In this document: one piece after another, positions 17,627 to 26,572 of the stretch
How positions within the stretch are numbered: position 1 is the first letter of the stretch
Layout of the letters: every line of letters starts with the position of its first letter
From: a virus
Taxonomy: Duplodnaviria; Heunggongvirae; Uroviricota; Caudoviricetes
Reading direction: 5' to 3' (one strand)
Length of the DNA: 64,000 nt
Virus record (IMG/VR): IMGVR_UViG_3300037851_000345
Coordinates: 60,067-124,066 of that record
Notes under the pieces: model-generated
What the model saw: only the letters and a program-made list of their open reading frames with translations
The model's database searches: none
What the model was told of the DNA's origin: nothing
Position numbers and translations under genes: made by a program

Positions 17627-18385
17627 GTGAACGAAAAAATCATGACATTTTTGAAAAAGGCCTTGGCCTACATTCAGAAAAATTGGCTTGTGTTTGTAAT
17701 CATCGGCGGTCTGCTTCTTTTGAGCGGCGGCATTAACAGTTGCGCCCAAAAGAAGATTGCGGCTAAGGATGTCGAGATTGCGCAGTTGCAAAAAGACAAC
17801 ACCGCAAAGGACAACGCCCTGAAGGCTAGGGAGAAGGATTACGCAGAACTCGACAAGAAGGAAAAAAATTCCGAGAAAAAAATAGCAGATTTGGAAAAAG
17901 AAAAGGCTGATATTGCAGCGGCTAAAACAAAGAAAGACAAGCAGTATGCCGACCTCTTGAAGAAGTACGGCTCCTTGTCGCTTGCCGAACAAGACCAATT
18001 ACTCGTTGACCTGTTGAAAAAGTACGACATCGTCGCCGAGGTCAGGAATAATCTATTGGTTATCACAATGACTGACCGTGGTAAACTCTACACTTTTGTT
18101 GTTGATATCGACAAGGTGAAAAGTGATTTAAAGTTTAGCGAAGAGGCCTTGGTAAACTGCAAGGCAACTGTTCAGGAAAAGAACAACATCATCACGATCA
18201 AAGAGCAAACCATCGTGTTGAAGGACAAGGATATTCAGGATTACAAAGATAAGATAGTCAACTTTGAACAAATCATCAAAGACCAAAAAGACAAAATCTT
18301 TTGGACGAAGGTTAGTTCTTTTACCAAAAAGGCTATCCCTGCTTTGATTATCGGATTGGTGGTTGGATTTTTAGTAGCAAAGTAA
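17627..18385 (+). CDS. Membrane coiled-coil protein, spanin-like
   Basis: N-terminal hydrophobic segment ending GGINSC, long coiled coil, C-terminal TM (ALIIGLVVGFLVA). Confidence 0.45.
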   Translation: MNEKIMTFLKKALAYIQKNWLVFVIIGGLLLLSGGINSCAQKKIAAKDVEIAQLQKDNTAKDNALKAREKDYAELDKKEKNSEKKIADLEKEKADIAAAKTKKDKQYADLLKKYGSLSLAEQDQLLVDLLKKYDIVAEVRNNLLVITMTDRGKLYTFVVDIDKVKSDLKFSEEALVNCKATVQEKNNIITIKEQTIVLKDKDIQDYKDKIVNFEQIIKDQKDKIFWTKVSSFTKKAIPALIIGLVVGFLVAK

Positions 18386-18405
18386 AACAATAGGAGACTA
18401 TCAAG

Positions 18406-20613
18406 ATGGACGATATGGAATTGCTGTCGATTGCGGAAAAACACTTTGGCGGTGATATAAACATCGCTAAGATTTGGTTCAAGAAATACGGAATTAACGG
18501 GGAGACCCCTGTTGACGTGTGGAAGCGGTTGGCGAAACTCATTGCAGAAATGGAGAAGGAAGAGAATCAGAAAGAGTGGGACGGCAATTTTTACGACATT
18601 TTAAAGGATTGGAAATTTGTCCCAGGTGGCAGAATCCTGTTCGCCCTGACGGAAGATATCAAGAACAAAACGGGCAGAAGAAAAATCACGCCGTTCAACT
18701 GTTTCGTTCTACCTCAGCCCGAAGACAATTTGGAAAGCATCTTCGACATTGTACAGAAGGCCGCAAGGGTTTATTCCTACGGCGGTGGCGTAGGCATCGA
18801 CCTGTCAAAGATTCGTCCCGCAGGTGCAAAAGTTAACAACTCCGCAATTTACTCTGACGGCGTTGTGCCTTTTATGAACCTGTACTCAGCCGTTACTACC
18901 AACATCGCAATTTCAGGACGGCGTGGGGCGATGCTTCTTTCAATTTCCGACAAGTCCCCCGACATCCTAAACTTCATCAACGCCAAGAAAGACCACACCA
19001 AAATGAACTCAGCCAACATCAGCATCAAGTTATCGGACGCTTTTATGAAGGCAGTTGAAACAGACGGCGATTGGGAAGTCTACTTCAAGGTTAAGGATTC
19101 GGGTGAGGAAATCAAGCAGAGTTACAAGGCCCGTGCCATCTTCGCCAACATCATCGAAAACAATTGGCGTTCAGCAGAGCCTGGGGTTTTATTTTGGGAC
19201 AGGATACAGCATTGGACACCGAACGAACACTTTGATGAAAGCCTCTTAATTGGGACGAACCCGTGCGGCGAACAGCCGTTGCCTGCGTGGGGGAACTGTA
19301 ATTTGGGTTCGATTAACTTAACTAAGTTCGTGAAGTGGGCTTTTGCGAGCAGAGCCGACTTCGATTGGGAAGGATTCAAGACTACGGTTAAATCGGCGAT
19401 CAGGTTCTTGGATAACGTGAACGAACTTTCCATCAAGTACAAGTTGTTTCCGTTTCAGGAACAGATTGACGAATCGGCAAGGTCAAGAAGGGTCGGATTG
19501 GGAGTGATGGGTCTAGCCGATATGTTCGTGATGCTTGGTATCAAGTACGACACGGAAAAGGCTATCGACTTTTCTAAAAAATTGTTCGAAACGATGCGTA
19601 ACACGGCCTACGAGTACTCGTGCGAACTAGGCAAGGAAAAGGGCAGTTTCAAGATGTGGGACTACGAAAAATGGATAAAGGCCAAATTTGTACAAAATTT
19701 ACCCGACTACATCAAGGAAAAGGCAAAAAGCGGTCTACGAAACCTCACTTTGCTCTCTGTAGCCCCTACAGGGTCGATTGCGCTCTTGGCAGGGGTTTCC
19801 TCTAGTACCGAGCCAATCTTCTCCCTGGAGTACCACAGAACCGTTAATTTGGGCGATTCTGGCCAAAGACAGACTTTAAAGTTCTACCACCCCCTTTACA
19901 AGCGATTTTTGGACAAAAAGTACGAAATGGACGAAAATATCTGGACAACGGCACATAACATCGATTGGAAATTCCGTATCAGGATGCAGGGGATAATTCA
20001 GCAACACATTTGTACGGCAATCTCCAACACGGTCAATTTACCATCAACCGCCACGCAGGAAAACGTCCAGGAGATTTACATGACGGCGTGGAAGGAAGGG
20101 TTGAAAGGTGTCACGATTTACAGGGACGGGTGTAGAGAAAATATCCTTACTTCAAAGAAATCCAGACCCTACGAACTTGTCGGCAAGACGTACCAAATCA
20201 AGGACGAAAAGGAAGATACGTTTTACATCACAATCAATAATATTTTGGAAGGGACAAAATTTCGTCCGTTTGAAATTTTCATCAATTCGAAGGAATCCAA
20301 CGAGTATCTGAATGTAATCACTCGCCTACTTTCGGCAATTTTCAGAAGAACAAATGATGCCGAGTTCGTTATCAAACAACTAGAAAAATCTTCAAAGAAC
20401 GAAGAGGGGTTGTTGCTGAAGTTGGCGAAAGTCATCAGCGATCACATGGGAATCAGAATGCCGACTAAAACTATTACCAATTACATTACCAAAGAAGAAA
20501 AATCAGACGGCTTGCAAACTTGTCCGAGTTGTGGTAAAAAGACGTTGAAAAAGGAAGGCGGCTGCGAAGAGTGCGTAAATGAAGAATGTCATTATGGTCG
20601 TTGTTCTATTTAA
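18406..20613 (+). CDS. nrdJ: Class II (B12-dependent) ribonucleotide reductase
   Basis: PGGRIL, FNCFV, TNPCGEQPL, APTGSIA, GLKGVTIYRDG; C-terminal TSCPD-like/zinc-finger tail; uninterrupted. Confidence 0.9.
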   Translation: MDDMELLSIAEKHFGGDINIAKIWFKKYGINGETPVDVWKRLAKLIAEMEKEENQKEWDGNFYDILKDWKFVPGGRILFALTEDIKNKTGRRKITPFNCFVLPQPEDNLESIFDIVQKAARVYSYGGGVGIDLSKIRPAGAKVNNSAIYSDGVVPFMNLYSAVTTNIAISGRRGAMLLSISDKSPDILNFINAKKDHTKMNSANISIKLSDAFMKAVETDGDWEVYFKVKDSGEEIKQSYKARAIFANIIENNWRSAEPGVLFWDRIQHWTPNEHFDESLLIGTNPCGEQPLPAWGNCNLGSINLTKFVKWAFASRADFDWEGFKTTVKSAIRFLDNVNELSIKYKLFPFQEQIDESARSRRVGLGVMGLADMFVMLGIKYDTEKAIDFSKKLFETMRNTAYEYSCELGKEKGSFKMWDYEKWIKAKFVQNLPDYIKEKAKSGLRNLTLLSVAPTGSIALLAGVSSSTEPIFSLEYHRTVNLGDSGQRQTLKFYHPLYKRFLDKKYEMDENIWTTAHNIDWKFRIRMQGIIQQHICTAISNTVNLPSTATQENVQEIYMTAWKEGLKGVTIYRDGCRENILTSKKSRPYELVGKTYQIKDEKEDTFYITINNILEGTKFRPFEIFINSKESNEYLNVITRLLSAIFRRTNDAEFVIKQLEKSSKNEEGLLLKLAKVISDHMGIRMPTKTITNYITKEEKSDGLQTCPSCGKKTLKKEGGCEECVNEECHYGRCSI

Positions 20614-20809
20614 AGGAAAGTGTGCGATATGATAAAGTATCAACCCCTTATTCCCGCAAAAAGACAAACGAAAGTGGGGTTACAGTACAAAGAGGCACAT
20701 CGCTACGTAGGGATTCAGGAAGATATCTTTATTTCGCAATTTCTAGGAATCACTCAATGGGCAGTTTAGGAGAAAATAACGAGAGACGATAAATCACTCG
20801 CTTAGTAAC

Positions 20810-21460
20810 ATGGTCAACAATTTACAAGTTTGGGTTACTGCCTACAATAATGACAAGAACATCATCGAGTGGGCAGAGTCTTTTCGGAAGACTTCGGGCG
20901 GGGTATCCTTTGTTGTTGTCAATCAAGGGAATGAAGTCCTTCCGAGACGAACAACCGAACTCCTGTTCGATAATGGGTGTTCGTACATCAGAAACAAATT
21001 AGACTTCCCCTGCCTATCAAAAACGTGGAATGAGTGCATCACCGAGACCATCACGGACTACGTGATGCTTTCCAACGATGATGTCGTGTTCAGGGAAGGA
21101 TGGGTCGAAGCACTCACACCCCTGCTCAGGATTTACAACTACGTAGGACAATCCTACTGCAATATTTCCCGCAAGTCAATGTACTCCCAAGTCGGACTGT
21201 ACGATGAAAAATTTACAAGTTTCGGTTGGGAAGATGCCGACTTTTACATCAGGATGGTGGAGAACAACATCCCGATGATTTACGGAAGCAGTCAAGAGTA
21301 CCCCTACAATGGGGACAGAGTGCTTCAATATTTTATTCACAAAGACGGAACACGATGCGACTTCAGCCACAGTAACCCGAATTACAAGGTTTTTATGGAG
21401 AAGCACGGTCGTGGTTTTTCCGAGATTGTTCACGAACTTCATTCACGGATGAAAATATAA
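20810..21460 (+). CDS. Glycosyltransferase family 2-like
   Basis: VVVNQG, KTWN, LSNDDV (DxD-like), GLYDEKF...GWEDADF. Confidence 0.75.
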   Translation: MVNNLQVWVTAYNNDKNIIEWAESFRKTSGGVSFVVVNQGNEVLPRRTTELLFDNGCSYIRNKLDFPCLSKTWNECITETITDYVMLSNDDVVFREGWVEALTPLLRIYNYVGQSYCNISRKSMYSQVGLYDEKFTSFGWEDADFYIRMVENNIPMIYGSSQEYPYNGDRVLQYFIHKDGTRCDFSHSNPNYKVFMEKHGRGFSEIVHELHSRMKI

Positions 21461-21469
21461 GGAGAAAAA

Positions 21470-21778
21470 ATGACACTACATGAAATTAAGAAAGGAAGAA
21501 TTACCGACCTGAAGCTGCGCATGGAAAGTGCGATGTACGATAATTGGGTCGGCGGTGATACCATTCTAGTCAAAAATGTTACGATTACCCAAGCGGGAGA
21601 TGTTTCGCAACTCCGGCCTAAAATTAAAAATCAATACTTTACGTCTGACGAATTGGAATTGATGGAACGGGAAAATATTTTAGACGAAATAAAGAAAGAT
21701 GAATGGGATGTTGAAGTGGAACGTCTAAATGATGACTTTAACGATATCCAATGGTTGTTCCGAGCAAAGAAATCTTAA
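21470..21778 (+). CDS. Hypothetical protein
   Basis: RBS AAGGAG; 102 aa. Confidence 0.6.
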   Translation: MTLHEIKKGRITDLKLRMESAMYDNWVGGDTILVKNVTITQAGDVSQLRPKIKNQYFTSDELELMERENILDEIKKDEWDVEVERLNDDFNDIQWLFRAKKS

Positions 21779-21803
21779 AATAAAATATTTTTGTTTAAAA
21801 ATA

Positions 21804-21832
21804 CCTAGAAATAGAATTCTAGGATTTTTTTT
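21804..21832 (+). terminator. Rho-independent terminator
   Basis: CCTAGAA-ATAGAA-TTCTAGG followed by a T-tract. Confidence 0.7.
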
Positions 21833-21854
21833 GTTTTAAATTAAAACCAAAATA

Positions 21855-21861
21855 ATAAATA
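21855..21861 (+). promoter_or_regulatory. Late promoter
   Basis: ATAAATA upstream of ORFs 21878 and 22092. Confidence 0.5.
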
Positions 21862-21877
21862 AATTCAGGAAACGAAG

Positions 21878-22090
21878 ATGGAAGGATTAACAAAAGACGA
21901 AAAAGATTATATAACAAAAACTTTTCGAACCCTAATTTCCAATTTGGTAAATTGTATTAAACTGCTCAATTACTATGAACAGCCTGATTCAAAAAAAGAA
22001 ATAGTCAAGGATACGTTACAGATAGATTTGGATTACCTGACAAAACTAGATGATTTTATCAAGGGTAAATTTAATATGATAGGAGAATAA
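21878..22090 (+). CDS. Hypothetical protein
   Basis: 70-aa ORF after the late promoter. Confidence 0.55.
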   Translation: MEGLTKDEKDYITKTFRTLISNLVNCIKLLNYYEQPDSKKEIVKDTLQIDLDYLTKLDDFIKGKFNMIGE

Positions 22091-22091
22091 T

Positions 22092-23609
22092 ATGAAAAAA
22101 GTAATCATCACATTACTAATATCTCTTATGTGTTTCAGTACATTTGCTCAAATGGATGAGCAGACAATAGAAGTCATTCCCACGATTTCAGCATCGGGGA
22201 ATCAAGAAGGACTAGCATTTGACAGCAAACTAGTTATTGCCAAGAGGTTTACCCTCAGCAACAAGTGGTTTCTTTACGGACAACTTGGAGCGATGTACAA
22301 CGTGTACAAGTTTAAGTTCGGTGAAGAGTGGCAGTTGGGATTTGAGCCTATGGTCGGGGTAGGAACCAATCGTATTAGATTGAGTGGGTTTCTTAACAGC
22401 TTGGCTGTGAAGAATTTGGAGACGGGTAAAATACCTTTCATAGAAGGTGGTGTGCGCCTGAGTCTCACACCTTGGAAGAATGTTTGGGTCAGCGTCTTTG
22501 GGACGTGGCCTATTAGCGACTCTGTTTTCGTGATGCCCTTGGGGGACACCTTTTTTGAAGACGATTTGGGTGTGTTCCTAGTCAGGTCAGAGAAGTGGGC
22601 AAGACAGGTAAACTCATACGGCTTTGACGTGGACTTCGGCTTCGGCAAGAAGTTCATCGCAAACCTTGACGGATTTAAAATTGAAGGAAAGAATTATCAA
22701 CTTGGTGCCGGGCTTCAGTATCAGTTGTTTAAGAGCAAGCCATGGATTATCGGTGGTAATGTCTTTTATACCAAGTTTGAAAATGAAAATTGGTACTACA
22801 TTCACAACGTATTTCCAGAAATGCTTGGAAATAATTTGCAAGGATATGCCTTCAAGTTGGGAATCAGCAATTACGGTGGCTTAGGCGTGTTGGATTTCAG
22901 CCAAAAATTAGGTCGCATCGCGGAGCCGATATACTTCTCGCCTGTTATTTGGGAAGTAAAGAAAGGAGAACCAAAAAAAATCAACGACCCATTCAAGGTC
23001 GATTGTTGTAATATTGGGGACCCGAAGTGCTTGGATTTTGTGGGTGCTGTCTGTATTTCAGGTGGGATACCCGATTATAAAATCTTCGTGGATTGGGGTG
23101 ATGGTACGAGTACACAATACACAGTTGGAGTCCCTGGCCATTTTCCAGTTGGCCATAATTATCTTAAAGCAGGAGATTACATCATTATGGTTTCGGGGAT
23201 GGATAAAGGTCATAAAACTTCCACCCCTTGTGGAAATAAAATAACCACCAAAGATTGCAACAACAGTATAGAATGTGATTTATGCGGCAGTGTCTTCTTT
23301 CACTCTACAGGGTCACAGACAGATAATTTTTCTAATAATAGCTTAGACCCATTCGTGGTCAATGGTGATGTTGTAAACTTGGCTTATGATATTTTTAACA
23401 CTTGCCCTGATAAGTCTTTTAATGTAAAAGTTCATTGGACTTTGTATTCGTCAGGTAATAAGGTGTTCGCAGAGGGGGAAATTTCGTTGGGTTCAGTACC
23501 ACCAAATTCAAATCCTTTGATGCCGAGACCGTTGTTTAATTATGACGGCCCAGCGGGGCAGACTTATTCCAAGTTGGAACTTAAAATCGTAGGTTGTACG
23601 AGTTATTAA
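22092..23609 (+). CDS. Secreted outer-membrane beta-barrel-like protein with PKD/Ig-like C-terminal domains
   Basis: Sec signal MKKVIITLLISLMCFSTFA/Q; many amphipathic aromatic-ended strands; VDWGDG...HNYLKAGDYII PKD motif. Confidence 0.65.
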   Translation: MKKVIITLLISLMCFSTFAQMDEQTIEVIPTISASGNQEGLAFDSKLVIAKRFTLSNKWFLYGQLGAMYNVYKFKFGEEWQLGFEPMVGVGTNRIRLSGFLNSLAVKNLETGKIPFIEGGVRLSLTPWKNVWVSVFGTWPISDSVFVMPLGDTFFEDDLGVFLVRSEKWARQVNSYGFDVDFGFGKKFIANLDGFKIEGKNYQLGAGLQYQLFKSKPWIIGGNVFYTKFENENWYYIHNVFPEMLGNNLQGYAFKLGISNYGGLGVLDFSQKLGRIAEPIYFSPVIWEVKKGEPKKINDPFKVDCCNIGDPKCLDFVGAVCISGGIPDYKIFVDWGDGTSTQYTVGVPGHFPVGHNYLKAGDYIIMVSGMDKGHKTSTPCGNKITTKDCNNSIECDLCGSVFFHSTGSQTDNFSNNSLDPFVVNGDVVNLAYDIFNTCPDKSFNVKVHWTLYSSGNKVFAEGEISLGSVPPNSNPLMPRPLFNYDGPAGQTYSKLELKIVGCTSY

Positions 23610-23628
23610 GTACTATTTTCAGGGTTCG

Positions 23629-23664
23629 GAAGGGTTAGGACGCAAGTTCGAGCCCTTCTTTTTT
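23629..23664 (+). terminator. Rho-independent terminator
   Basis: GAAGGGTT...AGCCCTTC followed by a T-tract. Confidence 0.6.
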
Positions 23665-23673
23665 GTTACAGAC

Positions 23674-23684
23674 TGTGGTATAAT
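23674..23684 (+). promoter_or_regulatory. Extended -10 promoter with adjacent RBS
   Basis: TTACAGACTGTGGTATAATTAATGTAGGAG. Confidence 0.7.
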
Positions 23685-23705
23685 TAATGTAGGAGTAAAG
23701 AAAGA

Positions 23706-23822
23706 GTGCCTTACAAAGATTTAGAAAAGAGAAAAGCCAATGGTAAAGCTAGATATTTAAAAAACAAAGAACAAGGTAAATTCCACAATCCAGATGGGAC
23801 TTGGAAACAAGCAAAAAATTAA
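23706..23822 (+). pseudogene. N-terminal fragment of an HNH-type endonuclease
   Basis: GTG start after AGGAG; MPYKDLEKRKANGKARYLKNKE is a typical N-terminus of phage HNH proteins; stops after 38 aa. Confidence 0.45.
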
Positions 23823-23833
23823 AGGTGGGAGAA

Positions 23834-24196
23834 ATGAACTTTACAAAAGAACAAGAAGAATTACGTAAGAAAGCAAAAAATGGAGAATTGGGAATTAAGT
23901 TTGACGATGACCCCGAAAAACTTCGTTGGGATTTGATGCCGTGGAGGGAAGCAGAACAGGTCGTGGAGATTCTGACTATTGGTGCTATCAAGTATGCTGA
24001 TGATAATTGGAAGCACATTCCAAATCTCAGAAGACGTTGTTTTTCGGCGGCAATGCGACATTTCATTAAATGGTTTCTAGGCAAGAGATTTGATAAAGAA
24101 ACAGGAAAGAATCACCTTGCTCATGCCCTTTGCTGTATTATGTTTTTGCTTTGGAAGGACAATCAGAAAGATGAGCCAAATGAAAACCCTAAATAA
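23834..24196 (+). CDS. dATP/dGTP diphosphohydrolase-like domain protein (DUF5664 type)
   Basis: GIKFD...KLRWDLMP...LTIGAIKYADDNW...AAMRH...DKETGKNHLAHALCCIMFL. Confidence 0.8.
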   Translation: MNFTKEQEELRKKAKNGELGIKFDDDPEKLRWDLMPWREAEQVVEILTIGAIKYADDNWKHIPNLRRRCFSAAMRHFIKWFLGKRFDKETGKNHLAHALCCIMFLLWKDNQKDEPNENPK

Positions 24197-24276
24197 CAGT
24201 ATACTTGTCGTACCCGAAGCGTTGCGGCCTTTGATAAGCAGTTTTAAACAAACTACGTACCATAAGGAGGACAACG

Positions 24277-25104
24277 GTGGACGAACAAATTATTAATAAC
24301 AACGCTTCGGTGGAACCAACCGAGGTCGAGACGGAGATTATAGACCCGGGAAGTACAAAAGAACATTGGCTTAAAAGGAACAAATCCAAGTTCCTTTTAG
24401 GAATCATCGGGATTCTTACGCTCTGTCTTTTAGGGACTATCGAGACCCTGACCAAGACGGAACAGCAACTCAAACAGCGGACAGAAAGTCTGAGTTGGAT
24501 TGCCTTCGAACATCAGAAGGTGCGGAACGAAAGAGACTTTTACTCCAAGTTGACGAAGGATTACGACTACTACAAGTTCGTGAAGACGATTTACGAACAC
24601 AAAGACCCTGATTTCTTTGAGACCATCACGATTGCTTACGAAGAGTCGGTCAAGCAGAACACTAGCCCTTGGGACACCCTGAGCATTATGTGGGCTGAAT
24701 CAGGTTTCAATCAGTACGCTGTAAGTCAAATTTGGAAGGTTGATAAAAAGGACGGGCAGTTAAAACAAGTTCCTTGTGCTTACGGCATGATGCAAATTAA
24801 CAAAAAGTATTGGGAAGAAGAGAAGGGTTTAACTATGTCCAATATCTTTGATAAAAAAACAAATATCAGAGTGGGATTAGAAATCTACAACTATTATCTT
24901 GGAATAGCATCCCGAATAGTTTCAGACCCGAAAGAGCAGAAAAAATTGGCCTTGTTCTACTACAACAACGGAACTGACCCTGAAAAACCAAACTATTCTT
25001 ATGCACCCATAGTTATGAAATCCAAATTTATGAAAATGGCTGTAAATTACGAGCCTATCGAACCCATCGAACACGGAAATGTATCTAAGGGCATCTCTCA
25101 ATAA
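24277..25104 (+). CDS. Membrane-anchored lytic transglycosylase (SLT)
   Basis: TM helix FLLGIIGILTLCLLG; catalytic AESGFN, AYGMMQIN, NI..G..I, ALFYYNNG. Confidence 0.85.
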   Translation: MDEQIINNNASVEPTEVETEIIDPGSTKEHWLKRNKSKFLLGIIGILTLCLLGTIETLTKTEQQLKQRTESLSWIAFEHQKVRNERDFYSKLTKDYDYYKFVKTIYEHKDPDFFETITIAYEESVKQNTSPWDTLSIMWAESGFNQYAVSQIWKVDKKDGQLKQVPCAYGMMQINKKYWEEEKGLTMSNIFDKKTNIRVGLEIYNYYLGIASRIVSDPKEQKKLALFYYNNGTDPEKPNYSYAPIVMKSKFMKMAVNYEPIEPIEHGNVSKGISQ

Positions 25105-25107
25105 ATA
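25101..25107 (+). promoter_or_regulatory. Late promoter
   Basis: ATAAATA then GAGGAG. Confidence 0.5.
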
Positions 25108-25123
25108 GAGTAGAGGAGCAGGA

Positions 25124-25381
25124 ATGAAAATGAGACAAGGGGTAGTGTTCGATTCTAGGATAAGTAAAAAGGTTACTACAGAGGATTTAAGGGTCAATTA
25201 TAAGATTTCCGAAGACGAGTTAGACCTGATAACGAAACTCTACCAAGCCTACAAAATAATGAAGTTGACAACAGCACCAACTCTAGAAATCTTCTTGAAG
25301 GATTTGGTATTTAGTAATATTGAAATGTTTAAGGAGAAGAGCGAATATGCCCGTATATATTCTGAAGTGCCAAAAGTGTAA
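25124..25381 (+). CDS. Hypothetical protein
   Basis: RBS; 85 aa. Confidence 0.55.
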   Translation: MKMRQGVVFDSRISKKVTTEDLRVNYKISEDELDLITKLYQAYKIMKLTTAPTLEIFLKDLVFSNIEMFKEKSEYARIYSEVPKV

Positions 25382-25697
25382 GACGAGTTTTGATTTTTAC
25401 AAATTGAGGGCGAATTCCAAACCCGCCTGCCCGAAGTGTGGAAGCACGGAAGGGTTCGAGAAACAACCGACTGCCCCTGCAATTGCCTTCAAGGGAGAGG
25501 GCTGGCAGACAACGAACTTCAATGCCTCAGTTGACCCTACGAGTGTACCTGGGGTCAAAAAGATTGAACTTCAAGACCAACGACCTGACCAAAAAATACT
25601 CTATAAGAGAAAAAAAGAGGCCACAGGTAGACGAAGAAAAATTAAGGTTCAGGGGCTTCAGGAAAGGAAGAGGTTGTTCCCTGTCGGGAAAGAGTAA
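25347..25697 (+). CDS. FmdB-family zinc-ribbon protein
   Basis: MPVYILKCQKC...CPKCGS...APAIAFKGEGW. Confidence 0.8.
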   Translation: MPVYILKCQKCKTSFDFYKLRANSKPACPKCGSTEGFEKQPTAPAIAFKGEGWQTTNFNASVDPTSVPGVKKIELQDQRPDQKILYKRKKEATGRRRKIKVQGLQERKRLFPVGKE

Positions 25698-26269
25698 TGC
25701 GACTGCAAGAAATCTACACGGATATCATCCTTCACCATTCGAACCGCTATACGGACAAGGGAATCGGAACGTTGCGGCCAGGGACACCTCTAGGACACAC
25801 CTTCTGCGAAATCTACGACCTCTTGCTTGACAAGTACGTTGACCAACCGATAAATTTCTTAGAAATCGGAATTAGCAAAGGCGGGAGTCTGTTGATGTGG
25901 AGAAATTACTTTCCCAAGGCCTACATCTACGGGATTGATATTTTCAAACAGTTTGATGATTTCAAACCCAAGGATGATATCAAGACGTTTATTTTAGATG
26001 CGACAAATGAAGCCGCAGTCAATGCTGCCTTGAAGGATTTGCGCTTCGATATCATTTTGGACGATGCGGCACACGACAAGGAATCCCAAATGCGGGTGTT
26101 CAATATTTTCAGCAAACGAGTCGTGGATGGCGGGATGTATCTGATTGAGGACGTGGACGATATTAATAACGACATTCCGTACTTTTCCACGAAAAAAATT
26201 CCTACCGTGATAGACAGAAGGCTGAAAAACAACCTTTGGAACGATGTGATTTTATTGTACCAATTTTAG
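25697..26269 (+). CDS. Class I SAM-dependent methyltransferase (small-molecule/sugar O-MTase type)
   Basis: LEIGISKGGSL, IYGIDI, FDIILDDAAH, GGMYLIED. Confidence 0.8.
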   Translation: MRLQEIYTDIILHHSNRYTDKGIGTLRPGTPLGHTFCEIYDLLLDKYVDQPINFLEIGISKGGSLLMWRNYFPKAYIYGIDIFKQFDDFKPKDDIKTFILDATNEAAVNAALKDLRFDIILDDAAHDKESQMRVFNIFSKRVVDGGMYLIEDVDDINNDIPYFSTKKIPTVIDRRLKNNLWNDVILLYQF

Positions 26270-26273
26270 AAAG

Positions 26274-26564
26274 ATGAAAATAGAATTAGATGGTAATAAC
26301 AGGGATTATTTGGCCCACGGTAACAAAGTAAGAACAGGCCATTGTCTTAGATGCGGGGAATGTTGCAAGCATATAGGTTGCAAACATCTTATCTTGGAAT
26401 CCGATAACGGTCAAGCAGTCTATGCTTGCGAGTTCGAAAAAGGACTAGTAAAGTACAGGAACCACAACATTCCTTGGCTCAACAAACCATTTCGGTGTAT
26501 TTTATATCCCTTTGGGGATGAACTTTTAGAAACTTGTGGATACTCTTGGAAGGAAAAACAATAA
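26274..26564 (+). CDS. YkgJ-like CxxCxxCC cysteine-cluster protein
   Basis: CLRCGECC...C...C...CILYP. Confidence 0.7.
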   Translation: MKIELDGNNRDYLAHGNKVRTGHCLRCGECCKHIGCKHLILESDNGQAVYACEFEKGLVKYRNHNIPWLNKPFRCILYPFGDELLETCGYSWKEKQ

Positions 26565-26567
26565 ATA
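26561..26567 (+). promoter_or_regulatory. Late promoter for hsp20
   Basis: ATAAATA overlapping the upstream stop codon. Confidence 0.55.
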
Positions 26568-26572
26568 ATGAT

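Noticed and set aside
20779-20812. ACG start for the glycosyltransferase after AGGAG
   Set aside because: The ACG at 20779 is out of frame with the GT2 ORF and hits a stop after 8 codons.
23834-24196. Z-genome (2-aminoadenine) system
   Set aside because: No PurZ or DatZ-like gene in the window; the hydrolase domain alone is insufficient.
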